DNA of 59,379 nt, counting the filler, from Porpidia crustulata (lineage: Eukaryota): the NCBI GenBank assembly GCA_964255105.1. It is 5 parts of 5 records of this genome, joined end to end, with 100 filler letters (N's around TTAATTAATTAA, not from the genome) between each part and the next. Parts side by side here need not be neighbours in the genome. Positions count along the whole stretch, not along the records: positions 47,589 to 59,379 come from CAXUWE010000602.1; 4 more parts are not named here. One strand, 5' to 3'. Below, in pieces: positions 48,361 through 59,379 of this stretch. A model generated the notes under the pieces. That model saw only the letters and a list, made by a program, of their open reading frames with translations, did not search any database and was not told where the DNA came from. Position 1 is the stretch's first letter. Every line of letters begins with the position of its first letter. The position numbers were made by a program, and so were the translations under genes.

Positions 48361-51326
48361 TCAAGGACACAGAGTTTGAACGGAGCCGTGGTAAGCTTGA
48401 AGTGCGGCGGCCTCCGCTTTCGAGTCACTTCCACATGGCCCTGGTAGTGGTCGGCTTGGACAGGTTCCGATCCAATTACCATTGTTTGCCTTTATCTCGT
48501 CTCTGAATTCACACGCACCGTACCAACAATTGGGAGCGGCGGTGAAACAAATGGGCCAACATTGGAACTCGATGACTTTTGAGTGTGCGGGATTGCAAAT
48601 TTGGGCTTGCACGCAGTTGTATCTCGTTGGACAGTCGTGAGACCTTATCGTATTAGGTATGGGGTTGCAGGCTTTCCCCTGAATACTCTGGACGCAGGTA
48701 CCCCCATCGTGCAATGCGCGGCTGTTGGATACGGGGAGCGTGTTGTACGATCCACCGGTTTGGACGACGCCTGGCATGCCATGCTTAATGTCGGGATTCT
48801 GGTGCGGTTGGGGTGGACCAATCGTATCCATATCAGGACCATATCTAGCATAGCCAGTTGAGCCTTCCACGCACTTTGAGGGATCTGACCATATTGCCTC
48901 GGGGGCATATCGCCAGAGGAGATTATAATTATTAAAAGTCTTTTTCGTGTAAAAAATCCTGCAGGCGGCAGCCTCATAGATGAATTGTAAGGGTATGGAA
49001 TTTTGATCTTTCCGGGTTTGATCTCGGAGATTGAAGCCCGCATACTTGACCAACACCTCATGACTTCGGGTCGGCAATAAGCCCACAGTAGTCAAATTGA
49101 CGACCTTGGTCAGGGCAAAATTTTGATCCAGCTCGCCCGCCCCGTAAGATCTTGCACCACGAGTAGCGCCAGGAGTCTGCACGGGACCGTAGCTCAATCT
49201 AGCACCAACAACTACGGTTTTGACATGCGCTTGGTGATGCATCAATTCCAGGAAGATTCCGCATGCCGAAGAACAAAGACCATCGCTAAGCTGTAGAAGT
49301 TAGCGTCAGATAGCAAAGACGTACTGCTTGCTTCATACTATTATTATATCCTTCGCTGCAAATGGTGGTGCGGCATTTGATGGTGGGCTCTGGAGATCGT
49401 TGGATGTGGTCGACTGCGCTGTTGACGACGCCAATGACTCTATATCGAAGATATAACTGGACAAGTCATAGCGTTGCTGAAAAACGAGAGGTCAGTATAT
49501 TTCAGACATGTCAACAGTCCGAAATACATACGTCGGTAATATATTGGTGCCCATTGTACTCATGAGGGCCGTAGAATTCCTGCCATGGTAAAGTTTCGGC
49601 TCGTTGCATTGTTCAGGCGATCCGAAGCAAGCCACTCCGAGTTCGAAAGAAGGTAATACAATTCATCGTTGGTGGGCACGGTGTCCCAATAAATCGTGAT
49701 AGAATTGCCTAAAGTGTCAGCAGTCGAATGAGCCCGTAACCGGCTTGTGGCCCACGGCTCGTCCAATGGAAATAAATGTAGCAGTAGTCCGCTACAGGGT
49801 CACAAAACTCGAGATATCCACACCTGTCTGAAAGTATCAATTGTCAGAAGAGGATTGCCACCGTCATTCTGCTGTACATCAATGACAATCTTCTTGAGAT
49901 TGGCAGATCGACTAGATTCTATAAAACATTTGACCGTTTGCGAGAAGGTGTTCGAGGCCCCACCATATTCATTGAAACTGGGTATACCGAGCACTGCAAT
50001 TTCTGCATCTTTGAGAAAATACCCACTGATGAAGCCACCACCATTGATGGCTAGTTCAGGCTGGGCGATATCAGCTGTGGGATAAGCATCGGCTGACCAT
50101 CGAGTACCCATAGGAAGGCCGCTACAAATACTTGCGGTTGTAGGCCGCCTGGTTGTAGTAGTGCCGGGTAAGCTAGGAGCGGTATTCCTCTTATGACCTA
50201 TATTACGGGGATAGTTGAATTGGTAAGACACTGGAGTTCGTCCCAAATCAAAGAAGTTGTAGAGGTCGCCACCAGTGGCGAGTGGCCCAGTATCATCAGG
50301 GCTGTTGTAGTACGCCATCCACTTGTCGGTGATTCGAACGTTATTCTCAAGTGTGAACGTAATACTCTCTCCGGGGTAAAATGTTGCAAGCCCCCTAAAG
50401 TAGTTAAACCGCCCCTGGATTCCCAGCGCCTCGCTGCTCATCGACGAATCACAATCCGTGAGGCTCAAGACCACCAAAGGCGTTGATAGCCGCGAATTAC
50501 GAGAGAAAAGTGATGGCGTTTTGATCGTTGATCTTGCTGATGGGCGAGGCAGTCGCAAAGTCAGCCTTTAAATGTTTTGTTCTTTGATTAGCTCGGTGAA
50601 AGAGAAGTAGTTGGATTTTGGATTGCTTGTCAGGTAGACTTTGGGAAGCTGGATGCCATCATCCGAGACAGAAATGATTCTTTAAGGGCTTTAGAACGAG
50701 AAGGCTGCAAGGATGCCAGCACTCAATCGCATGTGATCGTCATGCGTCGAGTACATTGTTTTCTGCAGCATAGCTTCAAAGGCATACTGGTTCTGAAAGA
50801 CTCCGCGGTCGATATCTTGTTGGATTTGTTGAAGGCTTTCCATCAGATCGAATGATGACTGCTGATGACTACTGGGCGGATTCTTGAGATATGCAAGTAT
50901 GCTCTGAAATTGCATGTTTTCGTTGTAGTACTGTAAGAAGCGTATAGCAACAGCAGAATTGAACGGCACGCTTGTCAAGCAGTCATAAGCTTGCTTTGCA
51001 GGAAACTCGCTACGATCTGATGTCTACTTAGAAAGCTTGACTGTACATCGAGTAGCAAACCCACTATTTTTGTTATGCCCGTCGATGATATCGCTACACA
51101 TTGTGACCTCAGGCCAGTGAGCACTTTCTATGCCGGTTGATATGAGAGTTTCCGTTTGCGTGGGCGCAGCAATGAACGCGTTAATAATTAGAGATTCAAT
51201 ACCCATCGCTGAGCTAGCACTGGAAGTTGCCGGGAGCGATCCAGTATTACCTGATACAGCATCAGGCGACGGCGCTGCGATGGACTCAATTGCAAGAAGC
51301 AGCATGCCAGCAAGGAGGCGACCCAT
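48361..51326 (-). pseudogene. Secreted S41-family (CPAF-like) peptidase, disrupted
   Basis: Signal peptide; CLTSVPFN...QFQSILAYLKNPP; AVLGIPSF; IVIDVQQNDGG; LSDGLCSSAC; KTVVVG; PLQFIYEAAACRIFYT. Stops near 50690-50570 and frameshifts near 50520 and 49585. Confidence 0.8.
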
Positions 51327-52313
51327 TTCCAAGCAAGTTCAGTATGACACTTGTTGTGATTCAAGTTGGGCCATTCAATTCGGTATAACATGGCAGATCT
51401 CCTGTCAAATCGCTTAGCGGTGGTGCAACTGCCTTTGTGCCTTTATAGATCTCGACAAGGTCGACGCGGCTGAGATGGTGCCTGCATGTATTTACTTGAG
51501 CATGACAATGTTCAACATTTTGCCAGCAGCCTCCGTGCCTCCTTATCCTCATCACAAAACCCTGTCCATGTTTGCCTTGCCCTATTTCAGCTAGGGAAGG
51601 CCAACATGCACATGCAGTCCTTGAGTCAAAGCCGTAAGCATTTTGACTTGTCGAGTTGTAGAGTGACTTGCAGTGGCAGCTTCATATTCTGTTCGTCGAT
51701 CGATGATACGGTGCTCCCACAACAACAATAATGAGGTAACAAGGGTGCTAATCCGTACTTCTGAAGTTCTGAGAAGCCAACTGTGGACGATGGACCTGAA
51801 TAGACGGAGGACGGGAGACCTGGAAACTGTACCAAAGCGGTTAGAACGTGCCGGAGACTTTTCTACCTACCTACCTAATACGCGGGAGGCAGAAAAATCC
51901 ATATTGTTAATCTCGGTTCTCATTAACAATATCAGTAGCATACATTATCTGAACGCTACAAAGTTAATTGATAATGAACGAAATGAACGAAATTGATCGA
52001 CACACTGTCAAATTACGTCGAATCATCTGTGATCGAAAAACTTTCTTGAAATACTCATCAAATCTGATAGATTTTGATGAAGATCGAATTGTGCGATATA
52101 GGATTTTCTGCTTTCCGCGTGCCTACTACGTAGTAGGTAGAGGTCAGTACTATCAGATTAAGTCGAAAGTACACTTAGTCTGAGACCAGTCCTACCAATC
52201 AAATGTGCTTAACTTAGAGACTTCACCCTGCCATCCTGCTTTATCCCCGGATGTCATGGAATTACCGGATGTGGCACGGGATGCAGGTTAGCAATTCGGG
52301 ATGGCAGCTCCCC

Positions 52314-52540
52314 GAGCACTTGCTTAATATATCATGCAAAACATATCATGTCCATTTATCATGTCATGCTTGCTCTCATGCTCCGTTGACGACAGCGAGG
52401 TACGATGACAGCGAGGTACGATGACAGCGAGGTACGACGACAGTGAGGGGACGGAGCATGAAAGCGAACATGGTATGCGAGATAAGCATGGTGTATTAAA
52501 TTAGTGGTGGCGCTTTGCATGGTATATGAACCAAGTGCTC
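52314..52540. mobile_element. Mutator-like MITE (227 bp) with a 9-bp TSD
   Basis: 27-bp TIRs GAGCACTTGCTTAATATATCATGCAAA and TTTGCATGGTATATGAACCAAGTGCTC (3 mismatches); identical flanking CAGCTCCCC at 52305-52313 and 52541-52549. Confidence 0.88.
52391..52448 (+). repeat. 16-bp tandem repeat inside the MITE
   Basis: GACAGCGAGGTACGAT twice, GACAGCGAGGTACGAC, then partial GACAGTGAGG. Confidence 0.9.
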
Positions 52541-52941
52541 CAGCTCCCCGACGAAGCCGACGGTTGTGCTAGTAGAGTACATTGGGGCAACCAATAATCG
52601 AGGTGGGCCTCGCAGGGATGCGAATCCTACATGATTTTTGCCTCGTCATAAGTCTTGCTCAGCCCACCACTACATAGTATGTGCGAATCGTTTCTCTACT
52701 TCTGAGCGCCGAGGCGTCTGCCGAATAATCCCTCTCAACGGATGTTCCAGCCTCAGATGAAAGAACAAGGGAGCAGACGGCGACGGTCTTGTCCATACTC
52801 AAGCATGCGCTCTCTGTGACTGCCAGGCCTAGGTTGAGCCTGTCAACTGCCTTCACTGTATACCATTCCGATTTCTGAGATACGATCAATTCAATCCTGT
52901 TCACCACTTTGTGAGCTCCTTGAACGCTGTTTCATTCGAAA

Positions 52942-55900
52942 ATGGAACACTATTACCAAGACTACACGGTGGGCTGGATCTGTGCACTAGAGGTGGAATA
53001 CTTGGCCGCCTTGGAGATGCTGGATGAAGAGCACGACGGACTTACAACCAAGTTTCCCAACGACGGTAACGCTTACACACTTGGCCGTATCAGTAATCAT
53101 AATATTGTTGTTGTGTGTCTGCCTAAGGGGCAATATGGGCTCGTCCCGGTAGCGACAGCAGCAGCCAACATGTTGAATACCTTTGAGGCGATTCGTATAG
53201 GACCTATGGTTGGTACCGGGGGTGGGGCACCAAGTGCTGCGCATGATATAAGATTGGGGGACGTTATTGTCGGAACGCCTGCGGGTCGACTGGGTGGTGT
53301 TGTCCAATATCACCGTGGCAAAATGATCCAGGACCAGGAATTCATCCCTACAGGACATTTGAATGCGCCTCCTACTATGCTTCTGACGTCGGTGACGAGG
53401 CTCAGTGCGCAACATACAAGAAAAGGAAATCGAATTGCAGAGATTGTTTCCAGTATGATTGAGAGTAACGAGAAGTTGAGAAAAACATATGAGCGCCCGC
53501 AAGGAGATCGATTGTACGAGGAATCGTACATTCACTCAGGGGACCAACCTTGCACGACAAGCTGCAGTCAATCCGAACCGCCTCTTATGCAACGAAGCAT
53601 TCGCGATTTAGACGGGGACGAATCAGTTATTCACTTTGGAACCATTGCATCAGCCGACACACTGATGAAGAATGCAAGATTTCGGAATAAGCTAGCTGCA
53701 GAGTATGGCGTCTTATGTTTCGAGACGGAGGCTGCGGGACTAATGAATGATTTCCCCTGCCTCGTCATACGAGGAATTTGCAACTACTCTGACACGCATA
53801 AGAACGACGTGTGGCAAGGCTATGGAGCAGCGGCAGCTGCTGCTTATGCAAAACAACTGTTACAGAGCATACCCGCCAATGATCTACAGGCAGCTCGCAG
53901 GGCAAAAGATGAGATGAAAAGTACGGGTAGGTTTGCCAACGATTTTCCTGCCTACGACAGACACCAGCCCGAACATCGGCTAGCAAAGACTATTGTCTTT
54001 CGAGGTGCAGATACCCCATTTGCAGAAGTGATCTGACACCGAAATCCCCACATAGTTAAAGAAACCCTAGAACTAGCGCTTGTGAACCATAGTCGAATCG
54101 AATATATTTCTCAGATCTTTCAAGAGGAAAACGAAAAGAATATTGGACAATCGCTCTCGCCCCTGGAGCGTTGATCACGACAAAGCTTGGTATTACAATA
54201 ATTTTTCCCGACCAAGCAGCCGCTACTTGAATCCGATGAGTTCAAATATTGGTCAAGAGGCGAGCCTTGGCAGCTACGATTATATGGATCTGCGGGAGTA
54301 GGCAAGGTAGTAAGAGTTTATTCTTGAAATGTGCTGTTTAACACACATCAGGCTGTGGCTAATACTTTTAGCAGACTGTATTATCCGCTGTCGTGGTTGA
54401 CCATTTGCGGCACTCGTTCAACGGTCAGTATTAAATCCCAGCTTACCTGTTTCCACAAGACTCGCGACATTCCACTGCGGATACTCTTACACCACGAAAT
54501 CCAGCTGGCAGCCTATTGAAGCCGCTCATTCAAAAAAACGCAACCGACATCATGTCCGAGAACATCAGATGGATATACGAAGCGAAAGAGAAAGGGGAGG
54601 AACCTGACGTGGGTCTCTTGTGTAACATTTTGAAACCAGAAACAACCAGCTTCAAGAGAGTTTATCTTATAAATAGATGGGCTGGATGAGTATCCACAAG
54701 ATTTGCAAGCTTGGCTAGTCCCTGATCTCATGAGTTTTAATGCCAAGAGCTTGAGTATCATGGCTTTCTCAAGGGAATATGAAGTTGACCGAGTTATGGA
54801 TATTCGGTGTGATATCTGTAAAATTCGAAATTGAAACGTATACTTCCGGTGTAAGGTTTGCGAAGATTTCGAAAATTGTCGTAGTTGCGCGGAACAAGGA
54901 AAGCGTTGCGAGAAGGTCTATGAACTTCGACAGCCTAGCAAGACCTATTACAGGGTTGAGATATCAGAGGAAGATATTGAACAGTACATTAGACAAGAGC
55001 TTCGAGAAAAATCGGAGCATAGCAAAGCCCTGCACTTAGATACGCGCATATATTCGGAATCTCCTGATTCGTCAACGTTTAGCCAGATGATCCGGAAGAA
55101 TCCTAAGCTTGTGGATCGCATTCCCACTGTCATTGCTAATAAAACCCATGGTAATGTCAGATTCGCAAAGGATTACATGCAATCGCTCAAGTTAGTGGAT
55201 AATGAATACGCAATAGGGGAGGCACTGGAAAACCTACCAGATAAACTATATGATCATTACATGCTCGAGCTAGAACGACTCAAAACAAAGAGAACTAGAA
55301 GACACGGCTATGTTGGCGTCAAGATTCTATCTCTCGTGGCTCTTGCAAACCGTCAGCTTCGCTTCGCAGAACTGCAACACGCTTTAGTCATGATTCGTGA
55401 ACCAGAATGTACCAAGTTCCATGACCTCATAGTAACTAGCAGAAGAGATGTACTAGCCGAGACACATCAACTCCTTACCGTTGACACCGATGCAATTGCG
55501 GGTTTGGATTTCTCTGACCCGGTCTTCCGGATGTGTTTCTAAGACTACCAGGATACATATCCAGAAGAGGTGGTGATGCAAGCCCAATTCGCGCAAGCAT
55601 GCTTGACGTATCTGAGCTTTCATCCCCTGTCGCAACCTTGTGAAACACTCCAGAGCTTTGCCGAGAGGCAGAATGAACACGCATTCGTTGCATATGCGTC
55701 GCAATGTTGGGGTGACCATGTCCGCCAAGTTTCCAATCCTGGTATTGACACGATGGCCTTATACTTCCTCCGAAATCCTAACAATGTTGCAGCATGTGCT
55801 CAGGCCGCTTGGCTGACCAGTACACCAGGCAATATCGATTGTTCTGATCATCGGAGCGCGAGTGCTCTACAATTACCCGCTTGGTTCAATATATCTTCTA

Positions 55901-57567
55901 TCATCCCGAGGGTCTACGATGAAATTTTGGGCGCCGACACTCGTGAGCTAATACACCAAAAAACGCCATTGATGTTTGCTTGCAAAAGAGGCCATATGGA
56001 TGCTGTGCGTCAACTGCTCAACATTGGCGCATCACCAAACGCATCTAGTTCCCAAGGAACGACTCCAATGTTCGAAGCTGTTGCAGGCAATCATGTAGAG
56101 GTTGTGGGAATTCTTTTGAACGAGGCCAAGCTTCAGATCAACGCTACAAATCCGAAAAAATTGGCCGCACCGCTCTGATGATCGCCGTTAGGCTGGGCAA
56201 GCTTGATATCACTCGAAAGTTGCTAAGCGTTACAGGTATCGATGTCAATAAACAAGATATTGATGGGCATGCAGCACTATCCATTGCCGCGGCCAACGGT
56301 TACGACGAGATTGTCCAGACTCTACTAGAGAAGGAGGGCATAAAAGTCAACCTTACCACCCATGTTGCTCGTTATTCTGCGTTGGCATTCGCAGCTCTGA
56401 ACATCACAAATGACAGTTCAACGATTCGATCTCTGCTCGCCCACGGTGCGGATCCCAATATCCGAGATAACAACCGTGGTGGTACCGCTATCTCCAATGC
56501 TATCAAGAGTGGGTTTACCTCGGCAGTCGAGGCACTGTTAGAACACGATATCGAACTACAAGCTGTAGACAATGATGGACAAGGTCTACTTCATTATGCG
56601 AGTGCGGTAGGAAATGCCCGTCTCATACATGTCTTGAACGGATTAGGCCTACCGCTCAATTGTAAAGACAAAACTGGCTCCACACCGTTGCACGAAGCAA
56701 GTCGGCACGGCAAGATCGAAGCTGCTAAGGCTTTACTTGAATTAGGGGCATAATGTTATCTCAAAGATAGTAGAAGATGTCTAGCGATGAACATTGCTTG
56801 GCAGTATGGGGAGGTGGAGATTATGAACCTACTAGCGTTTGAAATCCTCAATGAGCAAAGGCAGACCAATATGATCAAAACTAGCGAGGAGCGACCGATC
56901 TGGGCCCTTAAAAAAGCTGGGAAGTGGTCTTCGATCAAGGACGCGATAGCAGTGGGTAAGACTGATCTTGCGCAAAGAGAATTGAGGACGGACATGAACG
57001 CGTTGCACTTCGCGGCGCTTCTCGAGTCTGCCGAGACTTTGAACTCCCTCCTCCAAAACGGAACCATATCACCCAACGACACTGATCAGCTTCAACGCAC
57101 TCCACTACACCTGGCAGCCATCAAGGGCAACGTTGATGTCACTAAGATGCTTTTAAAGCAAGTTGATGTTGACTCTAATCGCATGGGGGGACACCCCTTT
57201 GTCACTTGCTTTATCTTTCAAGCGTTACCAAGTGGCCGTTCTCCTGATAGAATCGCACGCGAACATGAATCTGTCGAATGTGGACCAAAATCTCCAAGAC
57301 TTGTTCTTCATGGCGGCCAAGCTTGGTAAAGCCGCTACAGTACGAGCCCTAATCGACAGAGGAGCAGATGTATTGGGCCGAAATGAATATGGAGAGATGG
57401 TATACGATATTGCGAAGACGAGGAATGATCACGAGACGATACAGGTTCTACAGGCTTCCTATGTGTTCTTACGTGACGCGAGCTATAGAGGTAAAGGAAC
57501 AAAACGCCGGCGTGATGGCAGCGTCAGCGATGTCCCACCGACGCTCCGCAGGCACACGGAGGACTAA
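52942..57567 (+). pseudogene. Fungal NLR: PNP_UDP nucleoside phosphorylase - NACHT (with ZZ-like insert) - ankyrin repeats, disrupted
   Basis: YTVGWICAL, DIRLGDVIVG, CFETEAAGL, IRGICNYSDTHKN; Walker A LYGSAGVGK|T about 54280-54306; Walker B IDGLDE about 54673; ankyrin repeats 55950-57450. Stops at 54832, 55540 and 56751; frameshifts near 54670, 56170 and 57180. Confidence 0.88.
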
Positions 57568-58988
57568 AGACGAGTCTCAAGGACAATAGCATTACATTGT
57601 GGCAGCTGCCAGTTAGGATCTTGCTGGTATACCGTCATGGAATTTCCACCTCTATGATTCCTTTAAACAGGATCCGGATTATCAGGCTCAGGATATTCGC
57701 TCGAAACTCTGTTGGTCCCGCGATGCATTACCATTTTTATTCACAGCACCCTCCACCGTAAGCCATATGTACGTCCTACTACTGGTGGAGACCCAGCGAA
57801 ACTCCTAACAGCATTGAAAGTTTCATGGTTCAACTAACCCGAAACGTAGCATTGCGCTACCGATGATGCGCATCTATAACGAGTTTTCATCCCATACTAC
57901 GCGCTCCCAGTTCAACGGAAGTCTTATCTTCTGACTGGGTGACTTATTCGCCAAAGGTTTCTCGAAGATGGATACAAGACAGTCACGGTCCATTGTATGA
58001 TTATTCAGGTTTCCAAATTCAAATCCTACACGTTTTATTAAACCATAGTTGCATCCGTTCATCGTATGAGGAATGTATGGTCATTTATCGAGAGGAAGTT
58101 TAGCCCATGGGTAAATTGCACACCCATTGCTTGGTCTCTTCTAAAAAAAAACGGGGAATATATATTCAACAGGACTTCTGGCGGTAAGCTCTTATTTCAT
58201 CTTCCCATCGCACAGCATCTATAGATATATCTAGAAGTAGGCAATCGTGCTCGATTGATGTCTCGCACAAAGCATTTTAGAACGTGTTGGAATGGTTTGA
58301 TGAGTGGATTCTTTGGTTGCGATGTGTGCGCTGTATCGCGAGATTAGGTTGTTGGAAGTTGATATAAAGGAAGTTAGCAGAGTGGGAAGTGAGTTCGCAT
58401 TTTGCTCCAAGAGTTCTTGAGCCCGATTTTGCACGCCGTCAAGCAACTCACTCCAGTCGGATGAATCGCTATCTTACAACAGAGCCCCGGAAAATTATTC
58501 CTGGAAACGGTGGTAGAAGTTGAAGGTTGAAATCCATTAGGTAGAGAGCTACATCACATACCCACTCTGGGTATTAATAGAGAGTGTTGAAAGATAATAT
58601 ATACAGTGGATGCAAAGTGCGTTCGCATTCTGCTCCATCATAGGTGCATAGGGTTTTGGATAATCTTGTCACAATACAAACCTTCTCGACTGAGATATTG
58701 TGTCTCTCATGTACACTCTGTGTTTGCCTCACTGACGTATTGGTGTTTGAATGCTGATTGTTTTTTGGTGTTTCGTTGAACATAAAAGGCACGTGCTACG
58801 GCCGCGTAAAGTTGCCCAATAGCATTCAATCACCGCTCTACAGCTTCACAGCCCTGTTTATTTGAACGACTGAGCTTTGACATTGACACAAACACAGGAA
58901 GAGTCTGCCATGTCTTCATAAGCAAAGCCTCTCACAGAACATATTCTCCATACTACACCCTCAAACTCACAACCATCAAGACCCAAAC

Positions 58989-59379
58989 ATGGATCAAGCC
59001 GCCCAAGGCGCCTCAGCATTATCCTCCGGCGATTTCCCTTCAGCAGTCTCTCACTACTCCAACGCAATCTCCTCCAACACCCAAGCTGTAGACTACTACA
59101 TCAAGCGATCCACCGCCTACACCCGCATATCACCCCCCGACCACAGCTCCGCCCTCCACGACGCCGAAATAGCAGTGAACCTCGCGTCCAAGCGCGGCAA
59201 GCGGGAACTCATCGCGCAAGCGCAGCTCCGGAGGGCGGTTGCGCTGTACGGCTTGGAGCGATGGGCGGACTCGAGGGCGTGCTTCGGTTGGGTGAAGAAG
59301 TTCGATGAGAAGGAGAAGAGTTTGGAGATTTGGGGGATTAAGGTGAAGGGGAAATTGAAGGGGTTGGAGTATGGGGATG
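58989..59379 (+). CDS. SGT1: SGT1 co-chaperone, N-terminal TPR region (runs off the window)
   Basis: MDQAAQGASALSSGDFPSAVSHYSNAISSNTQAVDYYIKRSTAYTR...ALHDAEIAVNLASKRGKRELIAQAQLRRAVALYGLERWADS...LEIW. Confidence 0.82.
   Translation, partial: MDQAAQGASALSSGDFPSAVSHYSNAISSNTQAVDYYIKRSTAYTRISPPDHSSALHDAEIAVNLASKRGKRELIAQAQLRRAVALYGLERWADSRACFGWVKKFDEKEKSLEIWGIKVKGKLKGLEYGD

Noticed and set aside
52391..52448. Direct repeats as a CRISPR-like array
   Set aside because: Head-to-tail repeats with no spacers, in a eukaryote, inside a MITE.
24000..58000. Starship giant transposon
   Set aside because: Cargo-like genes are present, but no tyrosine-recombinase captain or boundary repeat was found and the region spans several contigs.
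57874..58792. Minus-strand short ORFs between the NLR and SGT1
   Set aside because: They could not be joined into a coherent gene model, and no motif was recognised.

Overview
Intron-containing genomic DNA from a filamentous ascomycete (Pezizomycotina; a lichen-forming lineage is plausible but only inferred). Five contigs are joined by artificial N44-TTAATTAATTAA-N44 linkers. The left part is mostly conserved housekeeping genes (RRP43, PPIL1-type cyclophilin, Rab escort protein, VAC7, WEE1, CIA84-like PPR), with a decayed lipase-NACHT-ankyrin NLR between RRP43 and the cyclophilin. From about 24 kb to 58 kb the window is accessory and rich in pseudogenes. It holds two related secreted proteins, a fluoroacetate dehalogenase-like hydrolase, a small Cys-rich ORF, a pseudokinase, a PD-(D/E)XK-like nuclease fused to a PHD finger, an S41 peptidase relic and a PNP-NACHT-ankyrin NLR with a ZZ-like zinc finger inside its NACHT domain. 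The window ends in the 5' part of SGT1. Features the ORF track does not show: a double-guide box C/D snoRNA in a Rab escort protein intron, a 227-bp Mutator-type MITE with a perfect 9-bp TSD, a Fot1/pogo-type TIR at a contig end, and stop-free 3n introns in VAC7 and WEE1. All family assignments are from motif recognition, not database searches.
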